Shown: piece by piece, positions 33,954 through 42,712 of the stretch
Position numbering within the stretch: position 1 is the stretch's first letter
How the letters are laid out: each line of letters begins with the position of its first letter
From: a virus
Taxonomy: Duplodnaviria > Caudoviricetes
Direction: 5' to 3' (one strand)
IMG/VR virus record: IMGVR_UViG_3300043608_000005
Span: 1 to 43,039 of that record
Length of the DNA stretch: 43,039 bases
The notes under the pieces: model-generated
The model's database searches: none
Seen by the model: the letters and a program-made list of their open reading frames with translations, nothing else
Told to the model about the DNA's origin: nothing
Made by a program: the position numbers and the translations under genes

Positions 33954-36127
33954 GCCGCTTCACTCTGCTTTCCACTGCCGCCCTTCGGCGGAGTCGGAGG
34001 TTTCGGTGCGCTGGGTGCCTTCGGCCCGCCACCGCCCTGCGGCGACGACTGCTGACCCGGCTTGCCCTGTTCCTCGCCGCTCTCTTGCTGCGGCGGCGAC
34101 GCCCCGCCGGCACCCATGCCCAGCGGCGCCCAGCCAGCCACGAGCGCGATCGCTGGCGGCGCGGTCGCCAGCGCCTGCGCGTGCGCCTGTAGGTGCGCGT
34201 CGCTCGCCTGACACGCGCTCGTCCACACCTTCAGCGCCTTCGGATCTATCGGAGGATCCATCGTGCGCAGCTTGTCGTACTGCATGCGATGCTCTTTTCC
34301 CTCCATCGCGTGGTCATCCCAGAGCGTGACCGGTGGGTTGATGCCCTGAAGCAGCCACTCGTTCTCCTTGCGGATGCGGATCTTCTGCGCCTGGTCGCGA
34401 CCAGCGAAGCTCTCCATATCCGAGTTGAGCAGCATCTCGGATGCGTCCGCGCGCTCTTGCTTCGGCAGCTTGATCAGCCGGTCGAACATCTCGACACGAC
34501 CGGGGAACGTGGACAGCACCGGGCTCTTGCGTACGAGCTCCACGCTGTGCAGCGAATCCAACCGCGACTTCTCGATCATCTGCGCGTAGGGCGCATCACC
34601 GATGCCAGCGATCTTCGCCCAGAAGCCGTTTTCCGCGTTCTGACGCGTGAGCACCAGTGCGTCGTTTGCGATCGCAGTGATCGCAGTGTCGTACGCCTCC
34701 TGCATCTTGCTCGCGTACTTCTGCGCGACGTTCACGAGCAACACAGCAAAGCTGCCGCTCGTGATGTTTGCCTCCGGGTTGCCCTCGGTGACGCTGTTCG
34801 AGCCGAGCATCAAGCGAGCCTGCTCGAGGCAGAACTCCAAGATGTACTGGCTTAGCGTGTCCATCTTCGGCGGCTCATCCCACGTGGGAGGCTCCGCGCC
34901 TGCGGGTAGATCGATCAGCTTCCCGCCAGCGCTCCACGATGCTTCGTCGATCTGAATATCGTCGCGCTTGTACGCGTTCGCGTTGCCGCGCTTCTGGATG
35001 TTCGTCACGCACATCGAAATGACTTCGTTGATGACGGCTTGCAGCGACAACAGATCGCTGCTCTCCGGATACCCGAAGCCCGTGCCGTCGTAGCGTGGCC
35101 CCATCATGATCTTGACGGGCAAGCCTTTCGGCAGAGGACACGCCATGGGCTCGTCGACGCCCCACAACCCCACGTCCTTGACGTAGCCCGCCCAACGTCC
35201 GCCGCGCACCGCCTTGCAGTTTCGGTGAAAGTACTGGCGCAACACGATCGTGTCGCTCGACACGGCCTTGGCGCCGCCCCAGGCGAACAGCGCGTCATCA
35301 CCCATCTCATCATCGATCGAGAGCTTGATGATCTCGTCGTACTTCTCCGGAAACTGCGCCGCGAGTTCGTACTTGTTGACCGGCGTCTTGGTGATGATCG
35401 CCGGGTGGTTCTTCTCCATGTACGCGTCATAAGCCATCTGCCACGGATACAGCTTGTGCAGCGTCGGGCATCCGCTCGGCTTCTGCGTCGGCTCGAGAAC
35501 AGGTTCCATCTCCGGAACCGGGTTGCCCTGCTCATCCTGACCAATGATCGGCTGGTTGTTCTCGTCGACCTTCTCGACCAGCGCGACATCGCCGTTCTCG
35601 TCGATGATCGGCTCCATCGCCGGAACCAAGTCGCCGCCCTCGTGATCCCAGCCGAGCATCAGCCCGCCGCCGCCGTAGTTGCACAGCGACGAAAGCGCCT
35701 CCGAGGCCTCTTCCTCGAGATGTGCCTGCGAGAGCATGTACTCGATCGCCTTCGTCGCGATGTTCACCTCGGCGAGCGCCGCGACGTCGTTATTGCGCGC
35801 GACGCCGTTGAAGCTCGGTCGCTGATCCTTGGCCATCATCTCGCGTTGCTGGATGTAGCGGCGCGTCAGCTGCACGCGGAACAACGCGTACTGCTGCTGC
35901 GAGCCGACGAACTGCAACTCAGAGTTCGAGTTGTACGCGCCAGTCGTGGGATCGATGCCGTGCAGCTGGCAGTAGATGAGCCACCAGAGCCGCCAGATGC
36001 CGCGCGAGCGCGCTGTGTGCAGCCAACAGCGTTCCATCTCGCGCGCACCATCGAGAAAGGCTTGCCCGGTCTTGAGACCGACGTAATCCGGTGCGCGTTG
36101 CGGCGTTGTGTTCTTGGCGGCTTGCAT
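33950..36127 (-). CDS. portal protein
   Basis: 725 aa, downstream of terminase; DLLSLQAVINEVIS, SGSFA, Pro/Gln-rich C-terminus; GAGGT RBS. Confidence 0.75.
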   Translation of the reverse strand: MQAAKNTTPQRAPDYVGLKTGQAFLDGAREMERCWLHTARSRGIWRLWWLIYCQLHGIDPTTGAYNSNSELQFVGSQQQYALFRVQLTRRYIQQREMMAKDQRPSFNGVARNNDVAALAEVNIATKAIEYMLSQAHLEEEASEALSSLCNYGGGGLMLGWDHEGGDLVPAMEPIIDENGDVALVEKVDENNQPIIGQDEQGNPVPEMEPVLEPTQKPSGCPTLHKLYPWQMAYDAYMEKNHPAIITKTPVNKYELAAQFPEKYDEIIKLSIDDEMGDDALFAWGGAKAVSSDTIVLRQYFHRNCKAVRGGRWAGYVKDVGLWGVDEPMACPLPKGLPVKIMMGPRYDGTGFGYPESSDLLSLQAVINEVISMCVTNIQKRGNANAYKRDDIQIDEASWSAGGKLIDLPAGAEPPTWDEPPKMDTLSQYILEFCLEQARLMLGSNSVTEGNPEANITSGSFAVLLVNVAQKYASKMQEAYDTAITAIANDALVLTRQNAENGFWAKIAGIGDAPYAQMIEKSRLDSLHSVELVRKSPVLSTFPGRVEMFDRLIKLPKQERADASEMLLNSDMESFAGRDQAQKIRIRKENEWLLQGINPPVTLWDDHAMEGKEHRMQYDKLRTMDPPIDPKALKVWTSACQASDAHLQAHAQALATAPPAIALVAGWAPLGMGAGGASPPQQESGEEQGKPGQQSSPQGGGGPKAPSAPKPPTPPKGGSGKQSEAA

Positions 36128-36135
36128 GGCTTACC

Positions 36136-36738
36136 TCACGCGTGAACGAAACGCGCTTCCGTGTCTTTGTCGTGCCGCGGTAGATCGATGCGGTACGGCT
36201 GCGGCATCACCTCGCACAACCGCGCGATGAGCGGCTTGAGGTCCAGCTTCGACTTGTTGAATCTGTTGGCCGCAGTGGCCACCATGGCCGAGTGGATATG
36301 GATCGGCGCCATCTCCACCACTTCGTGCAGGTACGTCTCGGGCGGCACGTCGACGTACATCCACTTGCCCTCTTCGTCTTTTTCACGCGTGGTCGCGCGG
36401 CCAGGAGCCTTCGGCCACGTGTCGCGACGCACGATCACGATCTTGTCCTCGGTCGGCCAACCCGCGATGCTCGCCAGGTTGATCTGACTGCTGATGTACG
36501 GGGCGTCGGGGTACTTCTCGGCGAGGTAGGCGCGACAAACCATGTTGTCGAAGGTCGTTTCTGGAATCCAGAACGTGACGTTGACCAGCTCCTTTTCCTT
36601 GATCGCGCGCACGCTCATCGCGCTACGCGCCTTGTCGGCGGCGCGGCACGCGGGGCACGTAAACAGATACTTCTCGTCATTCGTGTGACGGTGCGGCTTC
36701 GGCGCTTCCGCTGTCGTCGCTATCGCTGGGTCTGGCAT
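36136..36738 (-). CDS. hypothetical protein (H...CxxC)
   Basis: GGAG RBS, 200 aa. Confidence 0.6.
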   Translation of the reverse strand: MPDPAIATTAEAPKPHRHTNDEKYLFTCPACRAADKARSAMSVRAIKEKELVNVTFWIPETTFDNMVCRAYLAEKYPDAPYISSQINLASIAGWPTEDKIVIVRRDTWPKAPGRATTREKDEEGKWMYVDVPPETYLHEVVEMAPIHIHSAMVATAANRFNKSKLDLKPLIARLCEVMPQPYRIDLPRHDKDTEARFVHA

Positions 36739-36892
36739 TCGCGGTCTCCACTCGTGTTGAGCTCATCAGTTTTCGATACGTGTCGCGGTGGCGCTTGAGC
36801 ACCTTCCGCAGTTTCCCGGGGCTGAGACCGTGGATGCCGCCCTCAGCTGCAAGCTCTCGCATGCGTCGTTCAAGCGTGTTGACCGACGCCAT
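36677..36892 (-). CDS. basic hypothetical protein
   Basis: TGATG coupling at 36892; 3' end overlaps the next gene. Confidence 0.4.
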   Translation of the reverse strand: MASVNTLERRMRELAAEGGIHGLSPGKLRKVLKRHRDTYRKLMSSTRVETANARPSDSDDSGSAEAAPSHE

Positions 36893-37260
36893 CAGCCGAT
36901 CTCGTCTTCCGCTGGTGGCATGCGCACGACGGCCAGGTGCACCGGCTTCGGCGGCAGCCACATGCCGCCATGGCTATCGGTTTCCCATCCGCGACTATCG
37001 AGCACCTCGACGGGCACGCCGGATTTCACGATCTTGGCGAACGAGAGCCTGGAACCGCCGCGGCATGGGAGTGCGCTCATCTCGAGCTCTTCGATCGCCC
37101 GCCTGTTCCGGTCGGCCTCGAGCACGCGCAACGCCCGGTCGGCCGCCTGGTAGGCTGCGCACGCCCGCTCGTAGCCGCGCTGGTCCTGGCGCTGGTTCGC
37201 CAGCTCCGCAGCCTTTGCGGCCTCGGTGATGCGCAGGCGCAGCACGTGCTCAGTGGCCAT
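36892..37260 (-). CDS. hypothetical protein
   Basis: TGATG coupling at both ends. Confidence 0.6.
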   Translation of the reverse strand: MATEHVLRLRITEAAKAAELANQRQDQRGYERACAAYQAADRALRVLEADRNRRAIEELEMSALPCRGGSRLSFAKIVKSGVPVEVLDSRGWETDSHGGMWLPPKPVHLAVVRMPPAEDEIG

Positions 37261-37526
37261 CAGCCGGCCCTCTGAGGCTTGGTGCTGTACGTGCTGCCGA
37301 GCGGGTTCATGCCCGGAGTGACCGCGTTCAGCCGCCTAGTCATCAGCTCGGAGTCGCGCGCGTGAGCGTCCACGAGCTCGGCGAACTTGGCTGACCAGTC
37401 GGCCTTCATCGCCGCCTGTTCCGCCTTCAGTTCGCGCACGGTGGTGGTGTCGCGCCGCAGCGCCATCGCAACCAGCAGCGCGAGCTGCGTGGACGCGATG
37501 AGCACAACGATTTCCCAGGTCATCAT
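37260..37526 (-). CDS. single-TM coiled-coil protein
   Basis: WEIVVLIASTQLALLVAMAL followed by a coiled coil; ATGA overlap with terL. Confidence 0.6.
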   Translation of the reverse strand: MMTWEIVVLIASTQLALLVAMALRRDTTTVRELKAEQAAMKADWSAKFAELVDAHARDSELMTRRLNAVTPGMNPLGSTYSTKPQRAG

Positions 37527-39217
37527 CTCGGTCTCCACGGTGTGCGGCCGCCCATCGCTCGGACGGCCGGAATCTGAACGCTCGAACCGCGCATCTGTTT
37601 CTTGAGGCGCTCGGGAACCCACGTGTTAGGCGCGTTCACGTCGATGGCCTCGGGCGGGTACGGATTGCGGCGCCACTTCACATCGCGCACCACGTACTTC
37701 AGCGCCGCGATGCAATCGAGGTGACCCAGCAGCTTCGTGCGCTGCCAGTCGGTCTTGTGTCCGGTCTCGTCGACCTTCCACATGCCGCTACGCAGCTGCA
37801 TGATGATGTCTTCGGTGTGCCCGTTGCGCAGGATGACGATCTTCGGGCGGCCGTCTGGATGCCGCGCGTTGAACAGCATGCGCAGGTGCTGCTCGTCGGC
37901 CTCTGCGCTGCCAGGTTCTTTCTCAGCGTTGCGCACGGACATCGCGTGGTCGACGTTCATGTCGATCACGAACTGATTCTTGACGTCTGAGATGCGGCTG
38001 AACGGGTTCGGCTTCAGCGTCCAACCGTTCGGGTCCCAGTAGGTGAGCGCGCCAGGCGGCGGCGACCACACCTTTCCAGCGCCTCTGCGCTCCGCTCCGG
38101 CGATGGAAATCAGCCCGGTGTTCGGCCTGCGCGTGTCGGGCGTCGCGTGCTCAGTGCCCCACAGCTCGCGCTCGAAGCCCTGCGCCGTGCGCACCACTTC
38201 GTCCGTGCTCGCGTTCGGCTTCTTCCAGCTGAACACGATCACGATTGTCTGCGTCATCCAGTCGAGCATGATGCCGACCAGCCCGTGCGGGTCGGTGGTG
38301 CCTGGGTCGTAGCCCTCGTGACAGAGCGCGTGCTCGGGCATCGGCCAGCTGTCCACGACGTGGATCGACTCGTTGAACTCGGGCACCACCATCTGCTCGG
38401 GGTCGGGGTCGACGATGTTGAACAACTCGCGCTTGGTGACGGCGCTCTGCATGCCGCCCGTCATGCGTATCTCGTCCTCGATCTCTTCCTTCGTGAGCGA
38501 GGTATTGTCGGTGATTACCTGCTCCGAGTACGCTCCGCGCGCCATCGCATCGACCACGAACACGCGGCGGAACGGATGGTCAACCGACTTGGGCGCGCTG
38601 CTCTCGAGCGCGATCCACGCGTGATCGAGGCCCTGGAACTGCAGCATGATTTCGCTGACGACCGTGCCTTCAAGGTCGGTGGTGACGTATCCGGCCTCGG
38701 TGATGAAAGCCCAGTCGAGGAACGGTCCACGGAGCGCGTCTGGGTGATGGTCGAGCCCGACCAGCTTGATACGACCGTCCACGGCGGGCACGTACAGGTG
38801 CTCGTGCTCGCCCTGACCGCTACCACGGTGCTCCGGCGCGTAGCCCTTGGGCATGTCGCGGAAGATCTTCTTGATGTTCGGCACCAGCACGCCGCCGATC
38901 TTCTTGGCGACTGGGATAGCAATCATCCCGTGCGCGCCACGGCCGTGCTGCAGGTAGAAGCGGATGCATTCTTCGACTCCGGTTACGAGCCAGCTGGATG
39001 TCTTCCACGTGCGGCGCGCCGCCTGGTCGACCCACATGCGATCGAAGCGCGCGCCAATCTCGGCGCACCAGTCGCGGTGCTCTCGGCTCTGCCGCTCGAC
39101 GTTCCACCTACGAAACGCGTGGTAGGTCGGCAGCCGATGCTCGCCGATCATGTGCTCGAGGCTGCCCGCGCGGACGAGCTCGTCACGCATGCGCCGTGCG
39201 AGAACCTCGGTGTTCAC
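37523..39217 (-). CDS. terL: terminase large subunit
   Basis: ARRTWKT (Walker A position), LRGP...AFITEAG (Walker B position), SSAP, VVPEF...HVV, GYDPG nuclease Asp, HLDCIAALKY. Confidence 0.85.
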   Translation of the reverse strand: MNTEVLARRMRDELVRAGSLEHMIGEHRLPTYHAFRRWNVERQSREHRDWCAEIGARFDRMWVDQAARRTWKTSSWLVTGVEECIRFYLQHGRGAHGMIAIPVAKKIGGVLVPNIKKIFRDMPKGYAPEHRGSGQGEHEHLYVPAVDGRIKLVGLDHHPDALRGPFLDWAFITEAGYVTTDLEGTVVSEIMLQFQGLDHAWIALESSAPKSVDHPFRRVFVVDAMARGAYSEQVITDNTSLTKEEIEDEIRMTGGMQSAVTKRELFNIVDPDPEQMVVPEFNESIHVVDSWPMPEHALCHEGYDPGTTDPHGLVGIMLDWMTQTIVIVFSWKKPNASTDEVVRTAQGFERELWGTEHATPDTRRPNTGLISIAGAERRGAGKVWSPPPGALTYWDPNGWTLKPNPFSRISDVKNQFVIDMNVDHAMSVRNAEKEPGSAEADEQHLRMLFNARHPDGRPKIVILRNGHTEDIIMQLRSGMWKVDETGHKTDWQRTKLLGHLDCIAALKYVVRDVKWRRNPYPPEAIDVNAPNTWVPERLKKQMRGSSVQIPAVRAMGGRTPWRPR

Positions 39218-39663
39218 CGAGCCACCTTCAGGTGTGCGCGGACAAACGCGGTCTTCTCCTCGGGCGTCAGCGTGTCCACAACCTCAGCCTGCGCGGCCGG
39301 CGCAGGCTTCGTGCCTACTCGGTCGTTCGCCTCGGCGATGAGCCGAGCCATGTCACACGCACGCTGCGCGCCCATGTTCGCCGCGTTGACCTGCGCGTTG
39401 ATGTCCGGCGCGTGCTGCGCTCGGTCGGTCAGCACGGACATGCACTGCACCCAAAACACCATCGTCAGCCGTGACAGGTCGCCCTGCGCCATTGCCGCAG
39501 CAGCTGTGATGTCGAGCGGCCCGCCGCGCACGGCGTCCAGTGCGGCCTTCAGGTCGAGCGCCTCGCCCACGGCGCGCTGACGGCGCACCTCAGCGGTAGC
39601 CGCCTCTCTGGCGAGCTCTCGCGCGTCGCTGTTGGCAACGTTCTGCTGGCGGTTACGGCCCAC
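39214..39663 (-). CDS. putative terminase small subunit
   Basis: Helical 149-aa ORF directly upstream of and overlapping terL; ends LTPEEK. Confidence 0.45.
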   Translation of the reverse strand: MGRNRQQNVANSDARELAREAATAEVRRQRAVGEALDLKAALDAVRGGPLDITAAAAMAQGDLSRLTMVFWVQCMSVLTDRAQHAPDINAQVNAANMGAQRACDMARLIAEANDRVGTKPAPAAQAEVVDTLTPEEKTAFVRAHLKVAR

Positions 39664-39937
39664 CGAAGCGGTTCTCCCAGAGCTGCGCCGCGACCCAGCG
39701 ACGGACCCACGGGTCAGACTCTTCCCAGAAGGTTGCCTCGCGCTCCATCCAGTCGCGACGCGTGCGCCACCTGTCCGGCGCGTTCAGCGCTCCGACGCCC
39801 CAGGCTTTCGCAAGCTCCGGCGTCCACTTGATTGGCTCGATGGCCTGCAACGGCGGGGACGGCTGCATGCGCGCGGCAAACGCCTTCACCTGCTCGAACG
39901 TCAGCGGCTTCGCGATCGGCGCGTCCTTGGCGCTCAT
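39653..39937 (-). CDS. hypothetical protein (Trp-rich)
   Basis: 94-aa ORF in the operon chain. Confidence 0.55.
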   Translation of the reverse strand: MSAKDAPIAKPLTFEQVKAFAARMQPSPPLQAIEPIKWTPELAKAWGVGALNAPDRWRTRRDWMEREATFWEESDPWVRRWVAAQLWENRFGGP

Positions 39938-40025
39938 CGCCGCCCCGCTCTCGGGCAGACTTCCATCGAGCCGTGGACAGTGGTGATGCCGTATTGCCAG
40001 CCGCGCCGACGAGCCTCGATGCGCT

Positions 40026-40262
40026 TCACGCCAGCTCCACAGACGGCGGCCGCTTGCGCGGACAGGGCTTGTCGAACGCCTGCGTCAGCTCGTGCGCCAA
40101 GCAGTAGTAGCAACGCCCTGGGCCTGCGCTCCACGCCTGCGTGGTGTTGTGCGGCGGCACCCAGTGGCGCAGGGGCAGCGGCGCAACGTCAGGGCCTGCG
40201 CGTACACCGACCATGCGACCGAGCGCACCCAGGCCCTTGGTGAGTAGGTCGAGCCAGCTCAT
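40026..40262 (-). CDS. hypothetical protein (H...CYYC...CP)
   Basis: GAGG RBS, ATGA overlap. Confidence 0.5.
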   Translation of the reverse strand: MSWLDLLTKGLGALGRMVGVRAGPDVAPLPLRHWVPPHNTTQAWSAGPGRCYYCLAHELTQAFDKPCPRKRPPSVELA

Positions 40263-40435
40263 TTGGTGGCCTCGTACGGCGCCAGGTCGCCGCCCAGCGT
40301 TTCCAACGCAGACCGCATTGCGAGGATGAGCGGCTCTCGTGTGGAGGCGTCTACGCCCTCGGGCAGCTCGACGCTGACGACGCCGAGCTGCGTGACGATG
40401 CTGGTGCTCCTATAACGCTCGGGGTCCTCTGTCAC
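40259..40435 (-). CDS. hypothetical protein, 58 aa (not in the ORF track)
   Basis: GAGGAG RBS; GTGA and ATGA overlaps fill the gap exactly. Confidence 0.5.
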   Translation of the reverse strand: MTEDPERYRSTSIVTQLGVVSVELPEGVDASTREPLILAMRSALETLGGDLAPYEATK

Positions 40436-40671
40436 TTGAGCTCCTCGTTCAGCTCGGTGTAGATGCCCACTGCACCGTTGACGTGCGCCGCTGCCACGTC
40501 GCAGGCTGCTGCGTGGTCTGCAGCTGTTGGCTGCGGCTCACACACGAGCAGCCATGCGGCCTTGGTGGACTCCAGCATGTGGGCGAACTGCGTCATGCCA
40601 TCGGCGGGCAGCGTTGTTCCGCAGCCGCCCAGAGCCAACGTCACTGCGACAACGATGTGTTTCAGCAGCAT
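40432..40671 (-). CDS. small lipoprotein
   Basis: MLLKHIVVAVTLALGGC lipobox; GGAG RBS. Confidence 0.65.
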   Translation of the reverse strand: MLLKHIVVAVTLALGGCGTTLPADGMTQFAHMLESTKAAWLLVCEPQPTAADHAAACDVAAAHVNGAVGIYTELNEELK

Positions 40672-40673
40672 GG

Positions 40674-41024
40674 TCACTCCATCCCCAGACGTGCGCGTTG
40701 CTCGGGCGTGAGCTGCACACCTTTGTCCGCGCATGCGTCGCAGTACCAAACGCGCACACGCGAAGTGACCGACACGAGGCGATGCGTGCTCTCGTCACCA
40801 GTCGCATTGCACGAGACACAGGTCACCCGTCGCTTGCAGCTGCACACGTGGTGGCCGCAGCCTTTGCAGCCCGCCCAGTTGGGCGCTGGGCGCTCGCCTC
40901 GCACTACCTCGGCAATCACGTCAGGCCCCACAGGCCCAACAGGCTTGTACGGCTTGCGCAGTGGCCGCCTGCTCGCGAGGCGTGCGGCATCCCATGCGTG
41001 TTCCCGCTGTTTCACGTGGAACAT
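40674..41024 (-). CDS. Cys-rich Zn-finger protein, first ORF of the late operon
   Basis: CKGC..HVCSC, CVSC, CDAC; start uncertain because the MFHVKQ N-terminus is simply the translation of the parS site. Confidence 0.5.
   Translation of the reverse strand: MFHVKQREHAWDAARLASRRPLRKPYKPVGPVGPDVIAEVVRGERPAPNWAGCKGCGHHVCSCKRRVTCVSCNATGDESTHRLVSVTSRVRVWYCDACADKGVQLTPEQRARLGME
41008..41023. promoter_or_regulatory. parS: parS centromere site (chromosomal ParB/Spo0J type)
   Basis: TGTTTCACGTGGAACA (reverse complement TGTTCCACGTGAAACA) fits the consensus TGTTNCACGTGAAACA at all 16 positions. Confidence 0.85.
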
Positions 41025-41309
41025 TATTACAGTAAGCGGTGACAGCGTGCCAGTGGGGACTGTCTCGATAGCGCTAGAGCGTGAGGCCCACTACGGCTGA
41101 GCTGATCGCAAAATGCCTAATTCGGGCGGGCGCGCGCACGTGAGTAGATACCTGACAGGTCTAGTCTTGCCGCCTCCCCAGCCCGCCGCCTGAGCCTATC
41201 AGAGCTCTCCAGACGTGAGAATCCTTACTCTCGTGGATGCGAGTAGTCGCTCAGCGCTGGCTAAGAACGTAGGGAAATCATCGGCTTGTGATTTTCTGCA
41301 GAAAAGACC

Positions 41310-41338
41310 TTGCGCCCTGCTCTGTTTATACTTATAAA
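41310..41338 (+). promoter_or_regulatory. sigma70-type promoter overlapped by a repressor-like operator
   Basis: TTGCGC-N17-TATAAA; TTTATACTTATAAA dyad at 41325-41338. Confidence 0.6.
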
Positions 41339-41344
41339 TAGTTC

Positions 41345-41518
41345 ATGGAAAACACGACGATGAGCAAGGCCTTCAAGAGCGTAGCGGCAGCTGCGACGCA
41401 CGGAAGCAAGCGACACAACGCCTACGGCTACTTCGCTTGCGACAAGCGCGAGAAGTACCGCCACGTCGTGGCAGAGGTTCGCTCTAATGGTCGCGTGGTT
41501 GGCGTCGTTTGGTGCTGA
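41345..41518 (+). CDS. hypothetical protein, 57 aa (possibly leaderless)
   Basis: ATG 6 nt after the -10 box; MENTTMSKAFKSV...VVGVVWC*. Confidence 0.45.
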   Translation: MENTTMSKAFKSVAAAATHGSKRHNAYGYFACDKREKYRHVVAEVRSNGRVVGVVWC

Positions 41519-41594
41519 GCCACGCTGCTAGGGCTGCAGCCACGAGCTGCAGCCACTGCAGCGGCACTCACGCCGCTTAGGGAGACTGACCGCC

Positions 41595-41717
41595 ATGGGC
41601 ATCAGGGTAGGCCACAATGTGCGTATCGACGGTAGGCGGGGTGTAGTTCTACGAATCGCGAATGGGCGCATTCGGGTGCGCTGGGATGACGGCACGTGTT
41701 CGTGGGAAGGCGCCTGA
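41595..41717 (+). CDS. 40-aa SH3/KOW-like protein
   Basis: GGAG RBS; MGIRVGHNVRIDGRRGVVLRIANGRIRVRWDDG. Confidence 0.5.
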   Translation: MGIRVGHNVRIDGRRGVVLRIANGRIRVRWDDGTCSWEGA

Positions 41718-41721
41718 GGTG

Positions 41722-41862
41722 ATGGGCTGGACTCGCGCGACCAAGTTCGATCGCGACTGCTGCGCGCTGGCCGATCGCCACTACTCGCGACGCAAGATAG
41801 GCGCGCCGCAATTCATGCCGCCGGATTGGAGGCCTGACCATGCTCTGGAAATACAACGATGA
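41722..41862 (+). pseudogene. probable truncated fragment of an ADRHYxR...PQFxPPG phage family
   Basis: GAGG RBS; conserved-looking N-terminus ends abruptly after PQFMPP. Confidence 0.35.
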
Positions 41863-42133
41863 CCACCTCTGGTGGACGTGTAGCGTGTACCGCATCGAGT
41901 TGCACGGCAGCACCTATGAGCTCTGGCAGGTGGTCGACACGCCGGAAGGCCCGCGCATGCTGATCGTGCGCGGCTTCACCGACCTGCGAGCCGCCAAGCA
42001 TTACGCCAAGGGCGACGCGTACACCTCGGGCGCCATCACGGGCCGCAAGCGTGGGCGTCCGAGCTCTGCAGCGCGGTGCCCCGACTGCGGGGCGCCGCCG
42101 AGCAAGCAAACAAAAACCACTACCCCCGTATGA
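41840..42133 (+). CDS. hypothetical protein with KRGRP AT-hook and CPDCG
   Basis: GGAGG RBS, 97 aa. Confidence 0.55.
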   Translation: MLWKYNDDHLWWTCSVYRIELHGSTYELWQVVDTPEGPRMLIVRGFTDLRAAKHYAKGDAYTSGAITGRKRGRPSSAARCPDCGAPPSKQTKTTTPV

Positions 42134-42211
42134 TTTTTGTGGCGCGAGATTCAAACGGTGTTATGTTCTGTGTGTGGCCGCGAAATACCGCGGCAGAAGA
42201 GGAGACTGACC

Positions 42212-42442
42212 ATGGCCAAGCACTACATCACGCTGCAGATCGACGCGAAGCAGTACGAGGACCGGGACGATTGCCTAGCCGCAGCTGCCGCCGACATCGT
42301 CAGCGATCACCCTGACACCGTGGGCTACGACATGAGCCCACGGTGGGCCGACGAGTCGCGCGCAATCGTCCTCGTGGACGTCCCTGCGTATTTGGAGGCC
42401 TCTCTTCCCGAGTGCGCTGTGTACCGCTCGGAGGTGGTGTGA
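42212..42442 (+). CDS. acidic hypothetical protein
   Basis: GAGGAG RBS, ATG 42212. Confidence 0.6.
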   Translation: MAKHYITLQIDAKQYEDRDDCLAAAAADIVSDHPDTVGYDMSPRWADESRAIVLVDVPAYLEASLPECAVYRSEVV

Positions 42443-42544
42443 TGGGCTACCGAATCAGGCACAGCAACGGGCGCATGGACGCCGGATACGACACGTTCGC
42501 ATCGACGTAGACCACGATTACCTGTGCATAGTGGAGGCAGTGTG

Positions 42545-42712
42545 ATGACCGCGCAAAAGACACACGTACCAGACCGCGACCCCGAGACGGGTGAGACCTA
42601 CCTCAGGCAGATCGCGTCCCCTCGTGAGCTGCGGCGCATCCTGCGCGCCAGTGGGGACTCGGTGGACCGTCCCAAGGATTTCCGACCACGCGATGGATGG
42701 GCGGTGGTGTGA
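42545..42712 (+). CDS. hypothetical protein
   Basis: GGAGG RBS, ATG 42545. Confidence 0.5.
   Translation: MTAQKTHVPDRDPETGETYLRQIASPRELRRILRASGDSVDRPKDFRPRDGWAVV

Noticed and set aside
41036-41053. Sigma54 promoter for the late operon (TGGCAC on the minus strand)
   Set aside because: No TTGC at the required -12 spacing
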